A stretch of 64,000 bases of DNA from an uncultured virus (IMG/VR IMGVR_UViG_3300042510_001812) (taxonomy: Duplodnaviria > Heunggongvirae > Uroviricota > Caudoviricetes). The translations under genes were made by a program, and so were the position numbers. The stretch is from the IMG/VR virus record IMGVR_UViG_3300042510_001812. One strand, given 5' to 3'. Below, piece by piece: positions 37,020 through 45,707 of this stretch. Each line of letters begins with the position of its first letter. Positions within the stretch are counted from its first letter, which is position 1. The notes below the pieces were generated by a model. The model did no database searches. It saw only the letters and a program-made list of their open reading frames with translations, and was not told the DNA's origin.

Positions 37020-37406
37020 TTACAAGTCCCCGCCGTTTCGTTTTAATTTATCCAGAACTCTGAACTCAGCAAGGGATTTTGACTTGTATCCATTCGCTGT
37101 CATTCTGGCATTCATAGCATCGTGTTCTTGTTTCTTTCTTGCTTGCCCTGTCAGCTGTAGAACATGCTCTCCATAGAGCGTGAGCCTGTATCGCTCTTTT
37201 CCTTTTGCTCCAGCAACCTCTAGGCAACCACTTTTTTCTAGATGCTTGAACGACTCCTCAACATGGTTGGTGTAGTCCCTTCTGTTGAGCTGGAAATTGC
37301 GGTAGTCCGCACGAGTAAACCAGCCCTTTTTCATCTTTGCATAACACATGACAACATAGGCTTGACTGCCTTGTTTGATTGGTTTTCTGTTTGGCAATTG
37401 GTTCAT
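37020..37406 (-). CDS. hypothetical protein (possible winged helix)
   Basis: ORF track; LEKSGCLE...YRLT. Confidence 0.6.
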   Translation of the reverse strand: MNQLPNRKPIKQGSQAYVVMCYAKMKKGWFTRADYRNFQLNRRDYTNHVEESFKHLEKSGCLEVAGAKGKERYRLTLYGEHVLQLTGQARKKQEHDAMNARMTANGYKSKSLAEFRVLDKLKRNGGDL

Positions 37407-37437
37407 GAGCGTGAACTGTATCTACCGTTTTAGAAAA

Positions 37438-37854
37438 TCACAAGCTTTCTTCAGTGTCTTTTGTCTCTTTATTTACTTCTGAATACTTGGCGTAGTGAAG
37501 CGTTGATGCTGCATACTCCGGATTTAGCGTCTTGTACCATCCGCCAATAGACTTCATGAGAACCCCGGGATTACCGGTTGCTTCGCATGTCTTTGCGGCA
37601 ATTTCCTCATACTTTGAAATAATGTCATGAAGGCGTCTTGGCTCATAGCATGTTTCTGAAGGTTTTACGTAGTACCGCAACTCTCCAAATTTTTCCTTTA
37701 CTTGGAGGATTTTGTAGTGTGGGTCAAATAGTGATAGTTCTCTGTCGCAGTCGATTACTAGCTGATACCAGCCCTCGTCAACTTGGATTACCTGCGTCCA
37801 CCCTGAAGCAATCTTCTGCTTTATCTTCTCTATCTGTGACTGCGTCTCATTCAT
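37438..37854 (-). CDS. conserved phage hypothetical protein
   Basis: GWYQLV...QVKEKFGELRYY motif. Confidence 0.7.
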   Translation of the reverse strand: MNETQSQIEKIKQKIASGWTQVIQVDEGWYQLVIDCDRELSLFDPHYKILQVKEKFGELRYYVKPSETCYEPRRLHDIISKYEEIAAKTCEATGNPGVLMKSIGGWYKTLNPEYAASTLHYAKYSEVNKETKDTEESL

Positions 37855-38004
37855 CTCGTGTTGTCTTCTCGTCCAGTATCTTGGCGCATATGTTACAGAA
37901 TACTACTCCGGCCTTTTGGTTTCCGAGGAAAGTCTGCCAGTTCTCGCACTTGTGAGGGGTTTTTGATTTAAACCAATACCAAATGTGCAGAATGTAGTCC
38001 ATGC

Positions 38005-38478
38005 TCAACCCTGCTTTGTGAAGATGTCAGCACAGCAGTATGCGCCTAGATTCATTGTCAATGTACCAAAACCAATCGGAATCGATATTTCAACATACAT
38101 GGCATTTTTATCACCGACCCCACACAGGTCGCATCCACTTGAGTCGGCCATTAGGAGTGGCAAGAAACCACTCAAGCATTCATAACAACATCCCACGCCT
38201 ATTGATGGGGCGAATATGTGCCTGAATGTCGGAGTTGTGGTTGCGAAATGGGGACAAAATTTATCAATCTTGTTTAGCAGCTTTCCCAGACTTTCTGTTC
38301 TTTTAGCAGAAAAATCAGTATGGCTTATTCCCTTGAAGCCGTGTGGTTCTAAGGTCTCTGTTGTCTCATCGAACGTTTTTAGTTGCGCTTCAAATAGTTT
38401 ACGCACGAAATCATGCTGCTCCTGTTCGTTTGCAAATTTTTTGATTTCTGGTTTTGATTTTCTGTATCTTGGTTGCAT
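38005..38478 (-). CDS. Cys-rich hypothetical protein
   Basis: AAGGAG SD; several CxxC. Confidence 0.6.
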   Translation of the reverse strand: MQPRYRKSKPEIKKFANEQEQHDFVRKLFEAQLKTFDETTETLEPHGFKGISHTDFSAKRTESLGKLLNKIDKFCPHFATTTPTFRHIFAPSIGVGCCYECLSGFLPLLMADSSGCDLCGVGDKNAMYVEISIPIGFGTLTMNLGAYCCADIFTKQG

Positions 38479-38518
38479 ATTTCTCCTTAGTAGGTTTGTT
38501 CAGTATTTAGGCTACGAC

Positions 38519-38746
38519 CTAGCAGTGTTTTTCATATGCACGGTGAGCGATTCTGTTTACCTGGTCACTCAACTCGTCAGCAACGCTTCCGGGATTGTCC
38601 CAGCCAAGCTCATCCATGAGCATGTCAAAAAGCTCGGCAACAGCTCGTTCTAGTAAGATAACCTGCTTTTCTGGTGACTTCGGAATAGGACCCAACTTGT
38701 ATATTCCGGACTCCCATGCTCTGGGTGATGTACGTGTAAATTTCAT
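38519..38746 (-). CDS. hypothetical protein
   Basis: AAGGAG SD. Confidence 0.6.
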   Translation of the reverse strand: MKFTRTSPRAWESGIYKLGPIPKSPEKQVILLERAVAELFDMLMDELGWDNPGSVADELSDQVNRIAHRAYEKHC

Positions 38747-38773
38747 TTCTTCTCCTTTTTTGATTTATCCTAG

Positions 38774-38836
<63 letters not shown>

Positions 38837-38846
<10 letters not shown>

Positions 38847-39601
38847 TCTTTTGCAAATTCCATAGATGTTTTGATTAGCCTGGAAAACTGTTCTATGCTC
38901 ATCCAGCTTAAACTTATCTTTTGATTGCAAAAATCATTCAATACTCGGTAGCCGAGTTCTTTATCCGACTCCCACCAGGGTGTATCAATTGCTTCTTTTG
39001 AAAAAACACACTCCTTGGGCCCCCATGATGAAAAATCGTTATAGAAAACTCTTACATTCAACAATATTGTTGGGGGGAATTTACGATAAATCTGCCAGCG
39101 AAATTCATCGTTGCTCGACTCGTTTAAATTACAGGAGTGGCACAACAACCCTCGTATAAGTCCGCTTTCGTGGCAGTGGTCCATTACGATTTTAGAGTCT
39201 TCGAATCCGCACATCGCACAGCGGTTTTCTTGCCAGCCCCATAGCTCGTCCAAACCTTCCGAGCCCTCTAATAGCGAAGCTTTTTGGTCCCATCTTTCAG
39301 TATTGTGCTGCCATTGCAAATAAGCTGGTTGCGGTCGGTCGGTCGGTCGAAGATGTCCAGCATGTTTAAACTTTTTTTCTGTTTCATACAACCCTGCCAT
39401 TGCACTATAATTCGAGTAATCACCCAATGAGGAAATACGGTTTTTATTTTTTTCCCTATGCTGCAAAGCCTCAAATAAGCTTGCTTCTTTTTTAGTTCTA
39501 AAAGTTTTAGCGATTTGCTTTCCGCTCGTATCGCGATACTTAACTTGATAGGAGGTTCCCCGTTTACCTACGCGCTTGTGGATACTCATTTCAGTTTTCA
39601 C
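38837..39601 (-). CDS. endonuclease VII-family (His-Me) nuclease with N-terminal AP2/integrase-arm-like domain; probable homing endonuclease
   Basis: CAMCG...MDHCHESGLIRGLLCHSCN; N-terminal SYQVKYRDTSGKQIAKTFRTKKEA. Confidence 0.75.
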
Positions 39602-39630
39602 CTTTTCTCACTGAGTTGCAGGCCCTTCAC

Positions 39631-39921
39631 TTATAAGTCTCTTGGCGGTATCGGCATCCCACCACCAGCCATTTTTAGAAATGTCTTTTCGTCAATAACC
39701 TCAAACGACCATGCATCCTGGGTGAAGCCATTATTTATTTCGTGCGGCCTTCTATCGATTAGCGACACTAGCCTGCATCTGACTAATTTCCCACCGATTT
39801 TTGAATTGACGTACCACGTCTTAACCGGGTCTCTGGTTTGCCAAATTACATAGATGCAGGTATCTGTTTTACCGGCTTTAGTTATTTCCCCAATTGTGCC
39901 TTTTTGCGACATGCCCTTCAC
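39631..39921 (-). CDS. hypothetical protein
   Basis: ORF track. Confidence 0.5.
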   Translation of the reverse strand: MKGMSQKGTIGEITKAGKTDTCIYVIWQTRDPVKTWYVNSKIGGKLVRCRLVSLIDRRPHEINNGFTQDAWSFEVIDEKTFLKMAGGGMPIPPRDL

Positions 39922-40502
39922 CCTCCCTTGTTATTTTTTTGCTGCTTTGCACAGGTCGGCCCAATTCCAGCAGCAATACTCTGTGGGTCATCCAGAACTT
40001 TTCCACATACGCAGCAAATACCGGTATTTTTACCAATCTTGATGATTCCTTCTTCTGTGAGCTTTATAAAATTTCCATTGGCTACATTGGTGAAGAAGTC
40101 ATCTCGCGCACTCCGCGAGTAGCCATTCTTGACTTCGAACCAGGTGGGCGAATCAATACGGCGCTTTCTCAAAGAGCGAGACTTAAAGTCACCCTCTACC
40201 ACCCATGACAACTTATAAATTTCTTTATTTATACCGTCCATGTAGATACCGTTTTCCACAGATACACCACTTGGGTCATAAAACTTATCAACTTTTTTCC
40301 GCATCTTAATGGCGGACTGAAGTTGCTTTTCTGTAAAACCACTGTAAGTCACGTAATACTCGGAGAGGCTCTGAGCGAAATCAGACCACTTCTGTTCTTT
40401 CAGCCATTCATACATGTTTTCATTTTTTTTTAAACCGTTACTTACCGGTCTCTGTACGTGTCTATTGCTTAAACGGCTTCCACCGCTTTTACCGTAACTC
40501 AT
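39918..40502 (-). CDS. DUF6011-like zinc-finger protein
   Basis: CCVCGKVLDDPQSIAAGIGPTCA. Confidence 0.7.
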   Translation of the reverse strand: MSYGKSGGSRLSNRHVQRPVSNGLKKNENMYEWLKEQKWSDFAQSLSEYYVTYSGFTEKQLQSAIKMRKKVDKFYDPSGVSVENGIYMDGINKEIYKLSWVVEGDFKSRSLRKRRIDSPTWFEVKNGYSRSARDDFFTNVANGNFIKLTEEGIIKIGKNTGICCVCGKVLDDPQSIAAGIGPTCAKQQKNNKGG

Positions 40503-40603
40503 ATGGCCCCAATGCTTTAATTAGATAGTTTATTTTTATTGAAATAGTTTTAGACAGTGCACTGTACCAAGAATTTTTGTACAAATCAACTTTTCCAGCA
40601 TTG

Positions 40604-40678
40604 TGCCCCTGGTTGGAATTGAACCAACGTGGACCGCTACGGTTTCTACACCTTATAAGAGTGAGCCGATACAGGGGC
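40604..40678 (-). tRNA. atypical tRNA-like gene, UAU (Ile) anticodon, D-arm absent, long variable arm
   Basis: Acceptor GCCCCTG/CAGGGGC, T-arm GTTGG-TTCAATT-CCAAC, loop CTTATAA, variable hairpin ACCG-TAG-CGGT. Confidence 0.6.
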
Positions 40679-40863
40679 GAGCATCATCGTGCTAACCCCC
40701 GTATTCGACCCGTAAAAAACATTAGTTTGGTTGGTTCCCGTCTTCTATCTGAATGGGTGTTTCTTCTTCTTCTAAATCTTCATACCACTCTACAAATGAA
40801 TCTGCTCCATTTGTCATCCCTGGTCTTTCAATGTTCACAGATTTTCTTACCCACTTTCGCTTT

Positions 40864-41136
40864 TCATCCACGTCGTCGCGTCCTGTGGTTTGTTACGGCA
40901 GAAGCATATTTTTCTGCGTAATTTGGTTCAGAGTGCTCCATCATTACTACATCGTAAAGCTCGTCAGCTAAGTCGCGCTCTTTTTGATAATCATTTCGCC
41001 AGTTATCCCTGTCTAGGCGAAGTAATACGTTGTTATCACGCAATGCTTTTATTTCGTTTATCACCGTTTGAGCAAATGGGCTTGGACTCTTTTTGAGTTC
41101 TTCGATGATGTCTAATTGGTCTTCTTCTGCAGACAC
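40864..41136 (-). CDS. hypothetical coiled-coil protein
   Basis: ORF track. Confidence 0.55.
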   Translation of the reverse strand: MSAEEDQLDIIEELKKSPSPFAQTVINEIKALRDNNVLLRLDRDNWRNDYQKERDLADELYDVVMMEHSEPNYAEKYASAVTNHRTRRRG

Positions 41137-41140
41137 TTTT

Positions 41141-41599
41141 CTATCCTTGTTCGTCGTATCTCTGGTTAATCATCATGTCTTGGACATCTTCTGGCATAAG
41201 TAGAAAACCTTTTGCTGGATTGTCCGCACCACCAAGGTTTATCTTATTAGAGCTATTGAATCTTTCCGGGAATGCTCGCAGGTATCTTTTTAGGCGAGGT
41301 ACAGAAATGACAATGAAAGCTCCCTCGGGAGAGAAAATGTAAACCCACCATTTAGCAGTGGTTATGTTTATCCCGCTTTTATTCCAGACCTGCACGCCGT
41401 TCACGTCTCTGTATCCGCGTGGGTTTTGGTCTGTTTCAACAACCATTCTCCCGTTGCGGTATCTATCACTCTTCACTTCAAACGAACCATCTGACAGGTC
41501 GTCAAGAAATGTTGATACAAGAGACTCACCCTGTTGCCCGTAGGCTAGGTCTTTTTTAAAATCAAATTTTCGTGCTGGAATATCAAACTCTGCGGCCAT
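41141..41599 (-). CDS. putative PD-(D/E)xK nuclease-like protein
   Basis: FKKDLAYGQQGE...FEVKSD...VVE. Confidence 0.55.
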   Translation of the reverse strand: MAAEFDIPARKFDFKKDLAYGQQGESLVSTFLDDLSDGSFEVKSDRYRNGRMVVETDQNPRGYRDVNGVQVWNKSGINITTAKWWVYIFSPEGAFIVISVPRLKRYLRAFPERFNSSNKINLGGADNPAKGFLLMPEDVQDMMINQRYDEQG

Positions 41600-41636
41600 G
41601 AATCAATCATGCCAGCGTTAAAACTCGTTTGCAACC

Positions 41637-42350
41637 TTAGTTTTTATATACTCGCCAGTTTCCGAGCTTGCCCTGAGAGTTGTCCATAATCCATTTTGCA
41701 AAAATAACGTTGCATCGGACATCTTTGAGACCACTCATGCGATTTTCTACGGCGTCTTTTCCGCAAACATCAGCAACTCGCGACTTCCATGATGAGTTGA
41801 TTTGGAGAAGTCCAGTATCGTACGATTTATCCTTATTCAGGGCATAAGTCATGTTCCCGTTGGCATCCCACCTAGCGTTTTGAGCAGCTGGATTACAGCC
41901 GCTTTCGCGCCATGCAATATATGAAAAAACCTCAACCGGCAGGAGCCCTACTTCCTCGAAAAGAGGTTCCCACATTGGGCATCGCTTCGCTTGGTCTCCA
42001 GGAATGTTGTAAACAGCACTCATTGGGGGTTCTGGAACATTGCTCACAGGGAGATTTAGTGATTGGAGCTTTTCAATGTGCCTGCGACGGGTTATGGAAC
42101 CGTAATCGCCGTCAACCCTGACGCTTCCAATCGTTCTTTGCAGATTTTTGACTCGCTCACTCTTCTCTCCGAAGGAGTAATTGTCCAATAAAACCTGCTT
42201 GTTTTTGGCCTCTTCCATTCTGTCTGGAGAAACAACAGAGACAGCCGGTAGAGGTGCCAGCATGGCTACCTCCGCCTTTGTCCCACCTGGGATTGAAATC
42301 CCCAAGGCTCCAAAAAGTATAGAAATAGACCATCCTGTGATTTGCTTCAA
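41637..42350 (-). CDS. lytic transglycosylase (SLT-like) with peptidoglycan-binding domain
   Basis: Signal peptide; VKNLQ..VDGDYG; IAWRESGC...DTGLLQIN. Confidence 0.8.
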   Translation of the reverse strand: MKQITGWSISILFGALGISIPGGTKAEVAMLAPLPAVSVVSPDRMEEAKNKQVLLDNYSFGEKSERVKNLQRTIGSVRVDGDYGSITRRRHIEKLQSLNLPVSNVPEPPMSAVYNIPGDQAKRCPMWEPLFEEVGLLPVEVFSYIAWRESGCNPAAQNARWDANGNMTYALNKDKSYDTGLLQINSSWKSRVADVCGKDAVENRMSGLKDVRCNVIFAKWIMDNSQGKLGNWRVYKN

Positions 42351-42488
42351 TGTTTTTCTCCTGAACTCGGCGGATAGGGCAACAGGCTTTAGTAAATAGC
42401 CTGCCTATGTCAGTATCGGGTACTTCAATATTACCAAATTATTAGGCAATAGCAACTTCAGCGATAGTTTAACTCTTGACGAGTGGCT

Positions 42489-42758
42489 CTAATCCCCAAT
42501 AACCGTACGGTCTTGAAGGCCTGTCATAAATTTCTCAAAATCTTTTAGATTTACTGAGGTTTTGAATGAATTTTCGGACTCAATATCATAAATATCAAGA
42601 TTCATTGATTGAACAAGAACGCTTGCAATATCTCCACAGTCATTTGATGCGTCATCAATTTCCTCTTCGCTCATGTCGTCGTCTATATAGAAGTACAGAA
42701 GCACTCCAGCAATGTGTTCGACGAGGTTCAGGCGTGCTTCATCTTTTGTTGTTGTCAT
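42489..42758 (-). CDS. hypothetical acidic protein
   Basis: ORF track, internal ATG start. Confidence 0.55.
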   Translation of the reverse strand: MTTTKDEARLNLVEHIAGVLLYFYIDDDMSEEEIDDASNDCGDIASVLVQSMNLDIYDIESENSFKTSVNLKDFEKFMTGLQDRTVIGD

Positions 42759-42841
42759 GGGTTGCATCCTATCAGCGGTGGTGATAAAGTTGCAATCGCT
42801 GAAGTCACCCGACCTCGGCATACGTAAACCAAGGAGAAGAA

Positions 42842-43318
42842 ATGAACCCGGCACCAACGGTGATTATCGGTAACGTTACGGCGGAACCAGAACTCACCTT
42901 CACATCAAACGGACAGGCACGCCTGTCATTTTCAGTAGCTGCAAACTATGTTTGGTACGACCAGGCAGGCGAAAAGCAGGAAAAGGTTTCCTTTTTCAAC
43001 ATCGTCGCATGGCGCTACACAGCCGAGAATGCTGCAAAGACACTGGAAAAGGGAATTGGTGTAATCGTAACAGGACGCCTTGAACAGCGTTCATGGGACG
43101 ACAAAGAGACAGGCCAAAAGCGTTCAACAGTCGAAGTTATTGCAGATGAAATTGCAATTAACACTCGCAGTGTTGAAACTGTTGTCCGTCGCACCAAGCA
43201 GGACGGTGGTCAAGCGCAGGGCGGTTCATCCGCTCCGGCACAGCGCCGCTCAAAGCCAGCAGCATCAAATCGTCAGCCAGTAGGCGTTGGCGTAGATGGT
43301 GAATCAGAACCATTCTGA
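42842..43318 (+). CDS. ssb: single-stranded DNA-binding protein
   Basis: IIGNVTAEPEL...KGIGVIVTGRLEQRSW; acidic EPF tail. Confidence 0.95.
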   Translation: MNPAPTVIIGNVTAEPELTFTSNGQARLSFSVAANYVWYDQAGEKQEKVSFFNIVAWRYTAENAAKTLEKGIGVIVTGRLEQRSWDDKETGQKRSTVEVIADEIAINTRSVETVVRRTKQDGGQAQGGSSAPAQRRSKPAASNRQPVGVGVDGESEPF

Positions 43319-43339
43319 TTCTTGCCCTTTAAATAAATA

Positions 43340-43385
43340 AAACCCTCGTTAATTTCGTGCAGAGACGCGAAGACGAGGGTTTTTT
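43340..43385 (+). terminator. intrinsic terminator after ssb (probably bidirectional)
   Basis: AAACCCTCGT...ACGAGGGTTTTTT. Confidence 0.7.
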
Positions 43386-43570
43386 TATATCCTTTTTAAA
43401 CCATGCAGTATTTTTGTAAGTTCATCGCCATCAAACGGAATTGCATAAGCGTCGACATAGTTTTTGGCATCCAACAGCATGTCTATGACTTCTGCCACTG
43501 GGACCGAAGACTTAGGGTCTTTAACTAATTGACCTGAAAGCCTTTGTAGGTGGGTTTCTATAGAGTCCAT
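43385..43570 (-). CDS. hypothetical protein
   Basis: ORF track. Confidence 0.5.
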   Translation of the reverse strand: MDSIETHLQRLSGQLVKDPKSSVPVAEVIDMLLDAKNYVDAYAIPFDGDELTKILHGLKRI

Positions 43571-43680
43571 GAGTTAAGTATAAACACAAAAAATATCCTT
43601 ACAGAGGTTGTCAATGCATTTTTTAGTTATTAATATCTAAGTCAACCTACAAATAGACGGACATAAAGGAGTTATTACTA

Positions 43681-43890
43681 ATGTCTGAATACAATAAACT
43701 CAAGAACAGCGGCCTTGGTCGTGGTCGTCCAAAACTCAATGAAGAAGAGCGCATTTTGCGGAAGCAGATGAACTCAGTGCGCCAAGAAGCTCGCAGACGA
43801 GCGCATCTTGTGCTTCAGCATCGTCATCAGGATGAGTACAATAAGATTTTTGAAGAAGAATTCAAATCTCTTAGCAAAAAGAGCCGTTAG
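43681..43890 (+). CDS. small basic protein with AT-hook-like GRGRPK
   Basis: AAGGAG SD; upstream TTGTCA-N17-TAATAT (43608-43636). Confidence 0.7.
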   Translation: MSEYNKLKNSGLGRGRPKLNEEERILRKQMNSVRQEARRRAHLVLQHRHQDEYNKIFEEEFKSLSKKSR

Positions 43891-43989
43891 TTTTATTTCT
43901 GCTCCTGGAAGTCTTTATCGACTTCCGGGGGCGGAACATCATGAACTAGTTCGCCAGTTTTAAATCTTAGAATAAGGGGCGGAGGTTCT

Positions 43990-44190
43990 TCAGGGGTACT
44001 CAATGTTGCCACTTTTCATTGAGCCTCTACCCTTTTTTGAGGGCTTCATAACTTTTGACTTTGATTTTCCATATTGAGATTCTAACCATTCGTCAAAGTC
44101 GTCTACTTCTCCCTGGCTTGAAATCACATATTTTTCGTATTGTTTTATAAGCCCAACGAGCTCGTCGTCTTCTTCGTCAAATCTTGGCAT
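43990..44190 (-). CDS. hypothetical protein
   Basis: ORF track. Confidence 0.55.
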   Translation of the reverse strand: MPRFDEEDDELVGLIKQYEKYVISSQGEVDDFDEWLESQYGKSKSKVMKPSKKGRGSMKSGNIEYP

Positions 44191-44192
44191 TT

Positions 44193-44702
44193 CTATCTGG
44201 ACCTTCTTGCTCTTCTTCCAGCTTTTGCCGCTCTCATGGTGTTTGGAACGAATTGTTTTCCTTTTTTACTTCCAGCAATCTTTTTTCTATTTGTCGCTGC
44301 TTTTTGTGCTGGAGTTAATTTCTCCCAAGCTGCTGCAGGGAGATACCTGCGCATTCCGTCTGGTCGGTTTGCTGGTTTACCATCGCTAGTTGTCCATTTT
44401 TCTTTTGTCCATTTTTTCAAGGACCGTTGAGTCTTGCTTAATCCACCGCGATATCCGCCGCCAGCTTTCCTGTATCGAACGGCAAGAAGTTGAGCCTTCC
44501 GAGCAGACCATTGACCTGGCTTCCCGCCTTCAGAACCGGCAAGGATGCGGGATTTAATTCTTTCCCTTAGTTCGGGTTTGGTGTATGAATTCTTGGCTGA
44601 CTTTTCCATGAATTCTGAATCAACACCAGCTAAAAATTCCCCAACAGCAAGCTCAACCCAATCAGGGCCGTAGTTCGTTGATTTGTCTTGTCTGCTCGCC
44701 AT
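44193..44702 (-). CDS. DUF5872-like basic protein
   Basis: YTKPELRERIK...GGKPGQWSARKAQ...GGGY. Confidence 0.7.
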   Translation of the reverse strand: MASRQDKSTNYGPDWVELAVGEFLAGVDSEFMEKSAKNSYTKPELRERIKSRILAGSEGGKPGQWSARKAQLLAVRYRKAGGGYRGGLSKTQRSLKKWTKEKWTTSDGKPANRPDGMRRYLPAAAWEKLTPAQKAATNRKKIAGSKKGKQFVPNTMRAAKAGRRARRSR

Positions 44703-44756
44703 TGATGTCTCCGCTTAAAATAATACGCGATAAAAAAGCGGATTAGTGTTAAGTGT

Positions 44757-45056
44757 TTATTGCAGTCTTTGACCGCATTTTAGACAAGTGACAGACCACG
44801 GATAACGCCTAACTGATGGGTGCTCGCACTCAAGAAGGGTCTTTGCCTTTGCATTCAACACATCGCGTATCCAGGCCGACATTGTTTTTCCATCAACCGC
44901 AGCAGCTTTTCTCCAGCGCTCTCTTACCTCATCTGTTGTTCTGATTAGGACGGATGTATTTGTCGGTCCCTCGTCTTCTTTTTCTAGTGGTCTTACTGAC
45001 AGGTCTGTCGAGTCAGCGACGGCCTTCATTGCTGCTTCAAGGTTGCTGTCACTCAT
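44757..45056 (-). CDS. ribbon-helix-helix-like protein
   Basis: VLIRTTDEVRERWRKAAAVDGKTMSAWIRDVLN. Confidence 0.65.
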   Translation of the reverse strand: MSDSNLEAAMKAVADSTDLSVRPLEKEDEGPTNTSVLIRTTDEVRERWRKAAAVDGKTMSAWIRDVLNAKAKTLLECEHPSVRRYPWSVTCLKCGQRLQ

Positions 45057-45693
45057 TTGTTTCCTCTTCGATTGTTTCTTCCTCTGTAGATACTATCTCA
45101 GCATCAACGATGTCGGCCTCGCCAAGCATTTGTCTCACGGCACTTTCCGGCAGGACACCCGACATTCCCATTAGTTGAAGAAGCTGTCTTGCTTCAGACT
45201 CTGGGTCGAAAGTGTTGCCTATCTGCTTCAACTGCTCCGAGCCAGCAAGTGTGGCCTTTATTGTCTCGCTGGTTTTATTCCCAACATCCATCTGAACGCT
45301 GATATTGGTTTGGTCCATGCCTAGAAGTTTTGTGCGCCTATCCATGATGGATAGAACCTGTTGTATTGCCTTTAAGTCTGGTTCAACGGCAACTTCTGTT
45401 CCGTCATCCATCACCTGTCTTCTATGCTGGGTTAATGGCCAAATTGCCTGCTGAAGACTATCTAGTCTTTCAAGCTCAAGCCGAAGAACTTCTGGATAAG
45501 CCATCAGTGTCTCACGGTTCATTTTCTCTAACTGACGAGATATTGCCTTAGACACGGCGCTCGTTGTCATTCCAAAACGCCTTGCTATCTCGGACGTTGA
45601 GGTCCCAGCTTGACGAAGTTTAAATATCCGCATGTCTCTTTCACCAAGAAACTCACGCGTAGCAATTTTATTGCTTTTGTCTTCGCTCATCAC
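45049..45693 (-). CDS. HTH protein, terminase small subunit-like
   Basis: LRQAGTSTSEIARRFG...ELERLD.L...IMDRRTKLLG. Confidence 0.6.
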   Translation of the reverse strand: MMSEDKSNKIATREFLGERDMRIFKLRQAGTSTSEIARRFGMTTSAVSKAISRQLEKMNRETLMAYPEVLRLELERLDSLQQAIWPLTQHRRQVMDDGTEVAVEPDLKAIQQVLSIMDRRTKLLGMDQTNISVQMDVGNKTSETIKATLAGSEQLKQIGNTFDPESEARQLLQLMGMSGVLPESAVRQMLGEADIVDAEIVSTEEETIEEETNE

Positions 45694-45707
45694 CCTATCT
45701 TAGTGAC

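Noticed and set aside
40604..40678. tmRNA tRNA-like domain
   Set aside because: No G3-U70 alanine identity pair and no tag ORF or pseudoknot region; the acceptor halves are only 75 nt apart.
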